Positions 9,118 through 18,292 of a DNA stretch of 26,257 nucleotides are shown one piece after another. Position 1 is the first letter of the stretch. Every line of letters begins with the position of its first letter. A model generated the notes under the pieces. The model was given only the letters and a program-made list of their open reading frames with translations, did not search any database and was not told the origin of the DNA. The stretch is from a bacterium (GTDB lineage: Archaea > Nanobdellota > Nanobdellia > SCGC-AAA011-G17 > GW2011-AR17): positions 1 through 26,257 of the forward strand of contig JAUYPF010000043.1 in the NCBI GenBank assembly GCA_030697685.1. The letters are read 5' to 3'. The position numbers and the translations under genes were made by a program.

Positions 9118-10122
9118 TTAAACTTCTTGAAAGAAATAAAACCCGCCTCGCTTCATAATTTTTTCTTCAGTGTTAAGAAAATTAGGAACAACTTTTTTTG
9201 TCACACGAATGATTCCATTTTGCAAACTAAAATAATCATCAACACTTCTATGAAGGTCATTCGTAGTAAATACATCTAAAGAATCACTCCACCCAAAAAT
9301 TCTTCCTGGCTGAACAAGAGTATGATTTAAAGTATCAAGGTCTTCTCGAAGTGTGAGAGCATAGTTTTTATATTTATATGTAGCCCACATTACAGAAACA
9401 TCTTCTTTTATTTTAAATTGAATTCCTCTATCATAAAACTTTGTTTGATAAGAGAGTTCCCCAGAATCTTCTAGAATTCCAATTGCATGAAAAAAGTTTT
9501 GTAAGGAAGTATAAGCATGAGCATCAGCTTCTGGACTATTATTAACTCCAGTTTCTACAAGCACTGCAGTAGTTCTCTTTCCCATCTTTTCTAATAATGA
9601 TCCAAGGTTCATATCTACAAGAAAAGCTGTAGGACTCAGTCTTTGTATCAAACGTTTTGTTTTAAAATCCATCTTTGGAATAACACCATGAGGAGGAATG
9701 CTCTTAGCAATATAGGAATGAATATCTAAAAAACCAATAAGAGGAAGCCTTTCAAAAAATGCTGCCATCTCTGCTGCAGTCCTTTGATCTTCTGTCTTTG
9801 GAGAATCAACCCACACACGATTAAAATCTTCTTTTCCAGGAACATCTCTTTGGTTAAAATAAGGTTTTAGTTGTGCTGCATGCACATTTCCAACAGAGAA
9901 ATACACATCAAAAAGATAGCTTCTTTTTTCTTCCGCTTCCTTAAGAAATGCACGAAATCCTGAAGGCTCTCTTCCATGAAGTAGTGTGGAAACAAGAACT
10001 GCACGAGAATGATCCTCCCCAGGAAGATGAAATAAAGTTGGCTTATCCATGGTAAAAAGTGCTTCTTTATCACTCAATCCACAAATACTTGTCACGCCTT
10101 CTCTATATTCAAAAAGACTCAT
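9118..10122 (-). CDS. AstE/AspA-family zinc hydrolase (succinylglutamate desuccinylase / aspartoacylase-like, M14-related)
   Basis: 334 aa. LLHGREPSG matches the HGNEpxG zinc-binding motif. A later DIHS matches the second His ligand region. Confidence 0.7.
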   Translation of the reverse strand: MSLFEYREGVTSICGLSDKEALFTMDKPTLFHLPGEDHSRAVLVSTLLHGREPSGFRAFLKEAEEKRSYLFDVYFSVGNVHAAQLKPYFNQRDVPGKEDFNRVWVDSPKTEDQRTAAEMAAFFERLPLIGFLDIHSYIAKSIPPHGVIPKMDFKTKRLIQRLSPTAFLVDMNLGSLLEKMGKRTTAVLVETGVNNSPEADAHAYTSLQNFFHAIGILEDSGELSYQTKFYDRGIQFKIKEDVSVMWATYKYKNYALTLREDLDTLNHTLVQPGRIFGWSDSLDVFTTNDLHRSVDDYFSLQNGIIRVTKKVVPNFLNTEEKIMKRGGFYFFQEV

Positions 10123-10200
10123 AGAAGAAGAAATTTTCCTTCTCTTTAAAAAGTTTTAGCATAAGAAAAGTTTATAAGAGAATTTTCCTTAAGATAAAAA

Positions 10201-10611
10201 ATGGTTTTATCATTACGAGTATACGAAAGGGCACTGCCACAAGGAGCAAAAGAATGGCAGCAAAAGATTCTTGGTGTTATTCGTTTAGGCAGTAATGTAA
10301 AAGAATTTATCTTTGGAAGAAATGCAGAAACAAGAGGTTTCTTATCAGGAATAGACAAGTATACATTTTTGGATTCTATGCATGGTAAATTTAAAATGTG
10401 GGCAACAGGGAATATCTATAAATTTACAGACATAAGTAAAAGTGGCGTTGCATTAAGAACAAACTTATCATTATGGATAATAAATTTTGGTCCAAGAGAA
10501 GCAATGTTAGAAAAAAATGATCCAACACAAATTAAAGTTGGCGACCAATTAATAATGAGGGATAAAACCAAAAGAAAAGAAATTATTTTAGAAGTCGTAC
10601 AAATCTATTGA
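10201..10611 (+). CDS. Hypothetical protein
   Basis: 136 aa, no confident family. The D-I-S-K-S-G segment only loosely resembles small beta-barrel nucleotide-binding domains. Confidence 0.35.
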   Translation: MVLSLRVYERALPQGAKEWQQKILGVIRLGSNVKEFIFGRNAETRGFLSGIDKYTFLDSMHGKFKMWATGNIYKFTDISKSGVALRTNLSLWIINFGPREAMLEKNDPTQIKVGDQLIMRDKTKRKEIILEVVQIY

Positions 10612-11075
10612 TCCTCTTCATCTTGCGAAGCAGTAATACTATGTAACCTTCTTTCCTTAGGCACCATGTTTCGCAGAAGATCATTCTTTAACATTCCACA
10701 TCCAAGAATATCATTTTCATGCTGAAGAATAACAAATCCACTATTCCCTTCAAAAGGAATATCTCCTCCTTTCATCCACAGCTCTGCTTGTGCTTTATTT
10801 ACAGGAATAATATTCTTTCGTATATCTAAGAGTTGTGCTCCTTCTATGCTTAAACGCAAGCCTTCTCTTTCTTTCTTTGCGAAATACATGCCAGAATTAT
10901 TAATGCGCATTCCTTGAGTATCTATTTGTGCAAAATCCTTACTCAAAACAAATATCTTATCCTGGGAATTTTCAAAAAATAACACATCAGGTTCTTCTGT
11001 AACACCAAACTGTTCTTTCAATTGGTGAAATAGCTCTTTTTTTTCCTTGCCATTATAGAATCCTACGCGTTGCAT
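10605..11075 (-). CDS. Nip7-like PUA-domain RNA-binding protein (archaeal ribosome biogenesis factor homolog)
   Basis: The C-terminal segment ENDILGCGMLKNDLLRNMVPKERRLHS aligns with the PUA region of archaeal Nip7. The ORF-track start at 11135 is probably too long. I placed the start at Met 11075 (MQRVGFYNG...). Confidence 0.55.
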   Translation of the reverse strand: MQRVGFYNGKEKKELFHQLKEQFGVTEEPDVLFFENSQDKIFVLSKDFAQIDTQGMRINNSGMYFAKKEREGLRLSIEGAQLLDIRKNIIPVNKAQAELWMKGGDIPFEGNSGFVILQHENDILGCGMLKNDLLRNMVPKERRLHSITASQDEEDQ

Positions 11076-11127
11076 GGAAAAAGAAAAGAGGAATATCTTT
11101 ATAAATTCTATGTTCTCCAAAGGATGT

Positions 11128-12765
11128 ATGGACAAGGAGATAGAAAAATGGGCTTTGCATAATGCAGTTAAATTCCAAGGAAAAGCAAATCCAGGTGCAG
11201 TACTAGGTCAACTGTTTGCAGAGAATCCCAAACTCAAAGAACAAGCAAAAGAACTCTCAAAAAAGATCCAAGAGATTGTCAAGCAAGTTAACAGTCTTTC
11301 TCCTGAAGAACAAAGAAAAAAATTAGAGAAGCTAGCTCCAGAACTTCTCGAAGAAAAGAAAGAAAAGAAAAAAAGGGAATTACCAGAGCTTCCAAATGTG
11401 CATGGAACTGTTGTAACAAGAATTCCTCCTGAACCTAGTAAATATTTACATTTAGGCCATGCAATGTCTTTCTTAATTAATTATATGTATGCAAAAAAAT
11501 ACAATGGGAAATGTATTCTTCGCATAGATGATACAAATCCGGACAAAGCAAAAAAAGAATATTACGATGCTTTGCATGAAGATCTTCTCTGGTTACGCAT
11601 TGCTCCAGATAAAACAATTATTGCTTCTCAAGAGATGGAAACTTTTTACAAATATGCAGAGCTACTCATAAACAAAGAACGTGCATATGTTTGTTTTTGT
11701 GATAAAGAAAAAGTAAGTAAATTTAGAATGCAGGCAAAAATCTGTGACCATAGAACGCAGAATCCAGAAAAAAATATGATTCTTTGGAAAGATATGCTTG
11801 CAAAGAAATACAAAGCTGGAGAAGTAACTTTACGTTTAGTTGGAGAAATGGACTGTACAAATGCAGTCATGCGTGATCCTATTCTCTTTAGAATTGTCAA
11901 AGCACAACATACTCTAACAAAAGATAAATATGTAGTCTGGCCAACCTATGATTTCGAAACAGTGATTGGAGAAGAGATTACTGGAGTAACGCATATTTTA
12001 CGAAGTAATGAATTTGGAGAAATGCGTATAGAACTCCAAGATTATATTAAAGATATTTTAGGATTTAAAAAACAAGAAGTTTTGCAATATGGAAGAATGA
12101 CAGTTCATGGTTTTGAAACGCATGGTCGTGTGATTAGAGAGAAAATAGAGAATGGTGAAGTAGAAGGCTGGGATGATCCAAGATTGATGACTTTGAAAGC
12201 CCTTCGAAGAAGAGGTATTGTTCCAGAAACTTTTTATGAGTTAGTCTTAGAAGTTGGTCTTTCTCCAACTGCAACAAATCTTGATTGGAGTGTTGTTGCT
12301 TCTATTAACAGAAAAATTATCGATCCAACAACGAAAAGATATTTTTTCGTGAAAGATCCTAAAAAAATAAAAATAAATAATACTTTGAAACAAGCAAAAG
12401 CTCCATTACATCCTGAACATAAAGAAATGGGCTTCAAAACAATTCATTTTGATGATGAGTTTTATGTGCAAGATGATATTGAGAATGGAAAAATATATCG
12501 TTTTATGCATCTCTTTAACTTTAAAGATAATAGTTATGTATCAGAAGAATACGATCCTGAGCTAAAAGCAAAAATTATTCATTGTGTTCCAATCAAAGAT
12601 GCTGTGGATATTCATGTTCTCATGGCAGATGGTTCTCTTATAAAAGGAAAAGGAGAGAAGGCTTTAAAAGAACTCAAAGAAGGTGAAGTTATCCAATTTG
12701 AACGATTATTCTTCTGTCGTTTGGATAATAAAGAAAAAATGCTTTTTGTGTATACGCATGATTAA
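11128..12765 (+). CDS. gltX: Glutamyl-tRNA synthetase, archaeal type
   Basis: Class I HIGH motif in PEPSKYLHLGHA and archaeal or eukaryotic-type GluRS architecture. I placed the start at the internal Met (MDKEIEKWALHNAV...). That is the conserved archaeal GluRS N-terminus. The ORF-track start at 11074 adds 18 residues. Confidence 0.88.
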   Translation: MDKEIEKWALHNAVKFQGKANPGAVLGQLFAENPKLKEQAKELSKKIQEIVKQVNSLSPEEQRKKLEKLAPELLEEKKEKKKRELPELPNVHGTVVTRIPPEPSKYLHLGHAMSFLINYMYAKKYNGKCILRIDDTNPDKAKKEYYDALHEDLLWLRIAPDKTIIASQEMETFYKYAELLINKERAYVCFCDKEKVSKFRMQAKICDHRTQNPEKNMILWKDMLAKKYKAGEVTLRLVGEMDCTNAVMRDPILFRIVKAQHTLTKDKYVVWPTYDFETVIGEEITGVTHILRSNEFGEMRIELQDYIKDILGFKKQEVLQYGRMTVHGFETHGRVIREKIENGEVEGWDDPRLMTLKALRRRGIVPETFYELVLEVGLSPTATNLDWSVVASINRKIIDPTTKRYFFVKDPKKIKINNTLKQAKAPLHPEHKEMGFKTIHFDDEFYVQDDIENGKIYRFMHLFNFKDNSYVSEEYDPELKAKIIHCVPIKDAVDIHVLMADGSLIKGKGEKALKELKEGEVIQFERLFFCRLDNKEKMLFVYTHD

Positions 12766-12828
12766 ACTATTTTCACTACTCTTTCTAAATAAACTAGGTA
12801 TATAAACACCTTTAAAATTTCATTTCTT

Positions 12829-13503
12829 ATGGAACTTCTCAAGTTAGAAAATGTATATAAGATATATTCTTTAGGAGAAGAAAACATAGCCGCAATAAAC
12901 GGCATTTCTTTATTGATAAATAAAGGCGACTTTGTTGCTTTGATTGGCCCATCTGGTTCAGGAAAAAGTACTGCAATGAATTTAATTGGTTGCTTAGACA
13001 TTGCGAGCAAAGGAAATATGTATCTCAATGGTCTAAACATTCAAAACCTTCCTGAAAGTAACCTCGCACAAATTCGTGGAAAGAAGATTGGCTTCATTTT
13101 TCAAACATTTAATCTCATTCCAAGCTTAGACGCTCTAGAGAATGTTGCCCTTCCTATGACTTTCCAAAATGTTCCAAGACCTATTCGCATAAAAAGAGCA
13201 AAAGAATTGCTAAAACAAGTAGGTCTTGCAGATAGAATCTACCATTTACCAAATCAACTTTCTGGAGGCCAAAAACAAAGAGTCGCAATCGCTCGTTCTC
13301 TAATAAATGATCCAGATATTATCCTTGCAGATGAGCCAACAGGAAATTTAGATACAAAAACTGGTGATGAAATTATGAATATCTTAGTAGATCTCAACAA
13401 AAAAGGAAAAACAATAATCCTTGTAACACATAATCATGAACTTACCAAGTTAGCAAATAAAATAATTACACTCAAAGATGGAAAAGCTATGGAGGCACAA
13501 TGA
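12829..13503 (+). CDS. ABC transporter ATP-binding protein (LolD/MacB-like)
   Basis: Walker [11 protein letters not shown]-loop, signature [15 protein letters not shown], Walker [13 protein letters not shown]-loop VTHN. Confidence 0.9.
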   Translation: MELLKLENVYKIYSLGEENIAAINGISLLINKGDFVALIGPSGSGKSTAMNLIGCLDIASKGNMYLNGLNIQNLPESNLAQIRGKKIGFIFQTFNLIPSLDALENVALPMTFQNVPRPIRIKRAKELLKQVGLADRIYHLPNQLSGGQKQRVAIARSLINDPDIILADEPTGNLDTKTGDEIMNILVDLNKKGKTIILVTHNHELTKLANKIITLKDGKAMEAQ

Positions 13504-14336
13504 AAACACAAAAACAACTGCTATTACTTTTATTTATATTAAGTATAACTCTGCATATAGTCTCTGCACAAATTGCAATAGATTCTTTTTCTGCAAATAC
13601 AGTACAGCCAGGTGAAGAAGCTGAATTAACTATTAGTTTAGAAAACGTAGGTGATGAAGATATAAAAAATATAATTATAAGCCTTGATTTAGCAGAACTT
13701 CCTTTTGCACCTATAGAATCTTCAAGTGAACAGATTATAGAAGAGATTCAGGAAAATGAAGAAGAAACAGTTTCTTTCCAGCTTCAAGCATTAGCAGATG
13801 CGGAGCCACGAACTTATAAAATCCCAGTCACTATTAGTTATGAAAATACTACTAAAAGTTCTCTAGTGAGCATTGAAGTAAGCACGGAGGCCAGTATAGA
13901 AGTATTCGCAGAAAGCTTTGATCTTCTCATGCAGAATGAACAAGGTAAAGTTACAATAAAAATTATCAATACTGGATTAACAAAAATAAAATTTTTACAA
14001 ATGACACTTCAAGAAAGTTCTGGCTATGAAATTCTTTCTTCGAGTTCAGCATACATAGGTGATATTGATATTGGCGATTTTGAAACAGAAGAATTTACCA
14101 TTATACCTCTAAAAAAGAGTACAGAGTTAGAAGTAGAAATAGAATATAGGGATGCAAACAATGAACTTTTTACAGAAAAGTTAGAGCTGCCTTTAACAGT
14201 ATACACTGAAGAACAGGCAAAAGAACTGGGCTTGTCTCAAGATGGCCATACTTTCACATGGATTCTGATATTAGGGGTCATCATCATTGCATCCATAGTC
14301 TTCTTTAGAAGGAAGAGAAAAAAAAATGTTTACTGA
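13500..14336 (+). CDS. Secreted/anchored protein with two COG1361/CARDB-like beta-sandwich repeats
   Basis: N-terminal signal/TM (LLLLLFILSITLHIVSA). Two similar repeats (ELTISLENVGDEDIKNIIISL... and KVTIKIINTGLTKIKFLQMTL...). C-terminal TM plus RRKRKK basic tail. Overlaps both transporter genes (ATGA / ATG overlaps). Confidence 0.55.
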   Translation: MKTQKQLLLLLFILSITLHIVSAQIAIDSFSANTVQPGEEAELTISLENVGDEDIKNIIISLDLAELPFAPIESSSEQIIEEIQENEEETVSFQLQALADAEPRTYKIPVTISYENTTKSSLVSIEVSTEASIEVFAESFDLLMQNEQGKVTIKIINTGLTKIKFLQMTLQESSGYEILSSSSAYIGDIDIGDFETEEFTIIPLKKSTELEVEIEYRDANNELFTEKLELPLTVYTEEQAKELGLSQDGHTFTWILILGVIIIASIVFFRRKRKKNVY

Positions 14337-15510
14337 TTACTTTTTACTCTCTCTAAAAAGTATTCGCCATAGAAAATTACGTTCTTGGCTTACAGTAATT
14401 GGTATTGTGATTGGAGTTGCAGCAATTATCTCTCTAATGACATTATCAAGAAGTTTAGAAAACACAATTGAAGATCAGTTCGAAACATTTGGTGCAAATA
14501 GAATACTTATTTCAGCAAAAGGTTTTCATGGCCCAGGATCATTATCTCAAGGTCTAACAACAGAAGATGCTGAAACAATAAAAAAGATATCTGGTTTTGA
14601 GTATGTTATCTCTGGAATTTTTCGTTCGGCAGAAGTAAGATATAAAAATGAAATAGGATTTACAATTATAGGTGGCATTCCTTCAGAAATGTATGAAGAA
14701 TTCTATGGAGATACAGGTATTGAAATAGAAGGTGGGAGAAACATAAGAGAGGATGAGAAATATGTTGCAATTATTGGTTCTAGAGTTGCAACAGACATGT
14801 TTGAGAAAGATGTTCATGTAGGAGATAAGATTGAAATTGCACAGCAAGAGTTTCGTGTTGTTGGAATTCTTGAAGAAATTGGAAATGCACAGGATGATAA
14901 TCAAATTTCCATTTCTCTAGATGCTGCACGAGAAATTTTTGATGAAGAAGAAAGTATAGATCTAATTATTGCACAGGTAAAATCTACTTCTGATATTCCT
15001 CAATTGCAAGAAAAAATAGAAAAAGAATTAGAAAGAAAACGTGGTGATACAAATTTTCAAGTACTTACAGCCTCACAAATTCTAGAACAAATTAATCAAA
15101 TACTTGGGATTATGCAAATCGTCCTTGTAGGGATTGCAGCAATCTCCTTGATTGTTGGAGCAATTGGAATAATGAATTCAATGTATACTTCTGTCTTAGA
15201 GAGAACAAAAGAAATTGGTATTATGAAAGCAATTGGCGCACAAAATAAAGATATACTTACTATTTTCCTTATTGAATCTGGACTCATTGGTTTGGTCGGA
15301 GGGATTATTGGAACTATTTTAGGAACCTCTTTAGCATTAGCAGTAGGCCCTTTTTCAAAGAGTGCAGGTTTTACATTAAATATTACTATTGAACCTTTAG
15401 TGATTATTCTAGGATTACTCTTTGCATTTTGTGTAGGAATTATCGCAGGAGTATTACCTGCATGGCAAGCGTCAAGATTAAAACCAATTGATGCACTGCG
15501 GTATGAGTAA
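14326..15510 (+). CDS. ABC transporter permease, FtsX/MacB-like
   Basis: 394 aa with an N-terminal TM, a large extracytoplasmic domain and three C-terminal TM helices with the FtsX-family pattern. Confidence 0.85.
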   Translation: MFTDYFLLSLKSIRHRKLRSWLTVIGIVIGVAAIISLMTLSRSLENTIEDQFETFGANRILISAKGFHGPGSLSQGLTTEDAETIKKISGFEYVISGIFRSAEVRYKNEIGFTIIGGIPSEMYEEFYGDTGIEIEGGRNIREDEKYVAIIGSRVATDMFEKDVHVGDKIEIAQQEFRVVGILEEIGNAQDDNQISISLDAAREIFDEEESIDLIIAQVKSTSDIPQLQEKIEKELERKRGDTNFQVLTASQILEQINQILGIMQIVLVGIAAISLIVGAIGIMNSMYTSVLERTKEIGIMKAIGAQNKDILTIFLIESGLIGLVGGIIGTILGTSLALAVGPFSKSAGFTLNITIEPLVIILGLLFAFCVGIIAGVLPAWQASRLKPIDALRYE

Positions 15511-16173
15511 CTAAAGAATCTCTATGATTTCGCCTATTCTTTTCTTAAATTTATAGAGCATTGCTGGTCGATGAGAAACACCTTCAGTAAATTCCCCACT
15601 TTCTTCAACAATATCCAAAGAGAGTAGTTTTTTCCGAAAATTTCTTTTATCCAGTTGTTTGTGAAGAATGATCTCATAAATGTTTTGAAGTTGTGAAAGC
15701 GTAAATGTTTTAGGAAGGAGCTGAAATCCTACAGTGGTATATTCTAATTTCCAACGAAGTCTTTGAAGTCCATAATCAAGTATTTTTTTATGATCAAAGG
15801 CAAGCTTGGGGATTTTATTCACAGAGTACCATTGTGCTTCAGAAACATCCGTACTCGCTCTAATTTTTTGTATTTGTGAATTAATCAAAGCAAAGTATGC
15901 AACAGTAATAACCCTCCCCCTTGGATCCCTTCCAGGTTCTCCAAAAGTATAGAGCTGCTCTAAATAAATATCCTTAACCCCTGTTTCTTCGACGAGTTCC
16001 CTTTTTGCAGCATCTTCTAAAGATTCATCCTCTAAAACAAATCCTCCTGGAAGCGCCCACATATTCTTGAAAGGTTCAATTCCTCTTTTAATAAGAAGCA
16101 CTTTAAGGCTGTTATCAGTAATAGTAAAGACAATAAGATCAACAGTAACAGAAGATTTAGGGAATGCATGCAT
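15511..16173 (-). CDS. Nudix hydrolase fused to a C-terminal NrtR-type winged-helix domain (NrtR-like regulator)
   Basis: Nudix box GGFVLEDESLEDAAKRELVEETG. The C-terminal region with LDKRNFRKKLLSLDIVEESGE...HRPAMLYKF matches the winged-helix domain of Nudix-related transcriptional regulators. Confidence 0.7.
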   Translation of the reverse strand: MHAFPKSSVTVDLIVFTITDNSLKVLLIKRGIEPFKNMWALPGGFVLEDESLEDAAKRELVEETGVKDIYLEQLYTFGEPGRDPRGRVITVAYFALINSQIQKIRASTDVSEAQWYSVNKIPKLAFDHKKILDYGLQRLRWKLEYTTVGFQLLPKTFTLSQLQNIYEIILHKQLDKRNFRKKLLSLDIVEESGEFTEGVSHRPAMLYKFKKRIGEIIEIL

Positions 16174-16225
16174 CTTTGTGTATAAAGAACAATAAATATT
16201 TAAATCTAATGGTCAAATTCTATAA

Positions 16226-17173
16226 TCATGTAGTGCCTTTCTTTAATTTAACAATCCCCACTTGCATCTTTGCCGGTTGTATAGTCACTTTTTTTCCAGC
16301 AGTAAATTCCAAACAATCATTTTCAATTCCATCACTAAAGATAATACCATTTTCAGGCATGTGAGACACAATCTCCAGAGGTTGAGAATCACAAACTTTC
16401 CCATATACAAGTTTTGTTCCTGTAATTTTTGAAGAAAAAGGTTCACGAACACTATATACAAGGTATGGAGCATCATAGGGAAAAAGAGCCTCATTTTTTC
16501 TTTCTTCAACTTTTTCTTCTAATGCATCAACAATCCCTCTTGCACCACGAATAATAGAAGTAAGCCAACCACTAGATCCAGTACCTGTTGAGACAATAAT
16601 ACCGCTTGTAGATTGTTTTTCACTTTTACCAATATGTTTTATTGTATACCTTGAAGAGCTATGATTTCTTTTTCCAATAAATAAATCATTTAATGCATAC
16701 AGAACCTGTCCATCTTCTAATTGTGCTTCCGCCATAGTATGATATTCTAAAGCCCATGGTTCTCCAAGATATGACTTTGCAAGCATTTCAAATTCTGTGG
16801 GTGTACAAGAAGCAAGAACTCCATCAAATCTTTCAGTGTCAGTATTAACAAAGATCACTGGTTGTGCTTGGGCATATTTTGCTGTATTAACAAGTAACCC
16901 ATCATCACCTGCAACAATAATAAGATCCTTATCACTAAATTGATAGGTGCCAAGAAACTCTTTTTCAACTTGTTCTATACGCATTCCTCTTGGAATTCCA
17001 GCAAGTGTTTTTTTCATTCCATCTTTATACGCACTATCAGCTGCAACATAGTTCTCAAAAGATTCCCCTCTGCTTTCTAAATAAAAACGAACCTGAGAAA
17101 GCGTCGCATGACGCCGAATAAGCTCATCTAGTCCTGTTCTTCGATGTATAACAACTGCTTTCTCAAGTCCCAT
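16226..17173 (-). CDS. NAD kinase-family (ATP-NAD/diacylglycerol kinase fold) protein, divergent
   Basis: IIVAGDDGLL resembles the GGDGT motif. ALNDLFIGKR resembles the NE/D motif. GIIVSTGTGSSGWLTSI resembles the conserved DGlivsTPtGSTAYslSA segment. GGDGT is replaced by GDDG, so the substrate is uncertain. Confidence 0.6.
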   Translation of the reverse strand: MGLEKAVVIHRRTGLDELIRRHATLSQVRFYLESRGESFENYVAADSAYKDGMKKTLAGIPRGMRIEQVEKEFLGTYQFSDKDLIIVAGDDGLLVNTAKYAQAQPVIFVNTDTERFDGVLASCTPTEFEMLAKSYLGEPWALEYHTMAEAQLEDGQVLYALNDLFIGKRNHSSSRYTIKHIGKSEKQSTSGIIVSTGTGSSGWLTSIIRGARGIVDALEEKVEERKNEALFPYDAPYLVYSVREPFSSKITGTKLVYGKVCDSQPLEIVSHMPENGIIFSDGIENDCLEFTAGKKVTIQPAKMQVGIVKLKKGTT

Positions 17174-17181
17174 TTTTTCTC

Positions 17182-18048
17182 CTAACTCTTGAGTCCTGCA
17201 AGGACTTCAGGAACAATAGTAAGAGTTCCAATATTTTCTGCATTCTTACCAAGCAAATAAAGTGCATGTGCTCGAAGCTTTTCTGCGTCTATTCCTTCAA
17301 AAGCTTCCAATTCTAATTTAAGAGCCTTTGCTTTTGCCTGTGCTTCTGCTTCTATATTTCTTGCTTGTAAAGCAATAAGGTCTACTCGTCCTCTTTCTAG
17401 CTGTACATCAGTAGCGAGTTCATTTTCTTTAATAGCTCTTTCTTTTTCAACAGCAGCTGCACGTCTTGCATAAGAGGCTTCATCTGCTCTAGCTAAAAGA
17501 CTTTCTCTATAAGGTGTTTCCAATCCTGCAGCAATTTCCCTTTTTGGGGCTATAGATGAAAAATGAATAACATCAACAACAAGACCTCTTTCTTTGAAGA
17601 GAGAAGCTCTTTGTATCCCTTCTAAAACAGTATCAGAAAGTTCCGTACTTGCCATAAGTATTTCTTCTAATGGTCTTCCTTGAACAATAGCTCTTGTTTT
17701 TGCTCGTATCATTTCAAGTACAGCATCTGGCATTTTTTGTGGGCCATCCCCTTTGTATACACCTGTATGAGGATCAATTGCAAAGTTATAATGGTCCAAT
17801 ACTACACTTGGTTCTTTAACATTATATACAAAAGTCCCCTGAAGAGTAGCCTCTTGGTTATCTGCCGTTATTTCCTTAAATGAAAATGGTTGATCCAGAG
17901 CAGTCATGGCAAGTGATTCTACATTTGTTCGAAAAGGGAAATAAATACATGCAAGTCCTTTTCCTGTAGCAACAACTTTGCCATTAACAGTCATTCTTTG
18001 GTGATGTGTTGGTTCTCCCTTAAAATATCCAATAAAATTTTGTACCAT
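17182..18048 (-). CDS. SPFH/band-7 domain protein (flotillin/YqiK-like), no N-terminal TM evident
   Basis: Central SPFH-like region followed by an Ala/Glu-rich coiled coil (EAEAQAKAKALKLELEAFEG), typical of flotillin-like proteins. Codon composition is GC-richer than the window average. Confidence 0.7.
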   Translation of the reverse strand: MVQNFIGYFKGEPTHHQRMTVNGKVVATGKGLACIYFPFRTNVESLAMTALDQPFSFKEITADNQEATLQGTFVYNVKEPSVVLDHYNFAIDPHTGVYKGDGPQKMPDAVLEMIRAKTRAIVQGRPLEEILMASTELSDTVLEGIQRASLFKERGLVVDVIHFSSIAPKREIAAGLETPYRESLLARADEASYARRAAAVEKERAIKENELATDVQLERGRVDLIALQARNIEAEAQAKAKALKLELEAFEGIDAEKLRAHALYLLGKNAENIGTLTIVPEVLAGLKS

Positions 18049-18292
18049 TTTTGTCTCCTAAGTGTGTTTTATACACTTTAATACTGTAAAGAATACACTA
18101 ACATATATTTAAACCTTTCGAAAAGATAAAAGTAAGCTTATAAATACTTAAGGCTTAGTGAATTCCTTGACAGTAAATATGTACGAATGATTTTCTCATG
18201 GTCAAATGCAAATTTATTTTTTCCAAGCATATCAACGAGTTCTTCGAGACTGCAGAGCCATGCACTAGCTGCGTCATCACCAGAGCAGATTC

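Noticed and set aside
10201-10611. Possible PilZ-like (c-di-GMP binding) domain in the 136-aa hypothetical (RNAETR ... DISKSG)
   Set aside because: Arg-motif spacing is wrong (RxxxxR rather than RxxxR) and c-di-GMP signalling is not established in archaea. Left as hypothetical.
11074-11135. ORF-track N-terminal extensions of gltX (from 11074) and of the Nip7-like gene (from 11135), which would make the two divergent genes overlap by about 60 nt
   Set aside because: The conserved archaeal GluRS N-terminus starts at Met 11128, and the Nip7-like protein plausibly starts at Met 11075. The longer starts give non-conserved hydrophobic extensions.
12762-13040. 92-aa minus-strand ORF overlapping the gltX end and the ABC ATPase start
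   Set aside because: It lies antisense to a strongly supported ABC ATPase N-terminus with Walker A. Low-complexity translation. Almost certainly a spurious antisense ORF.
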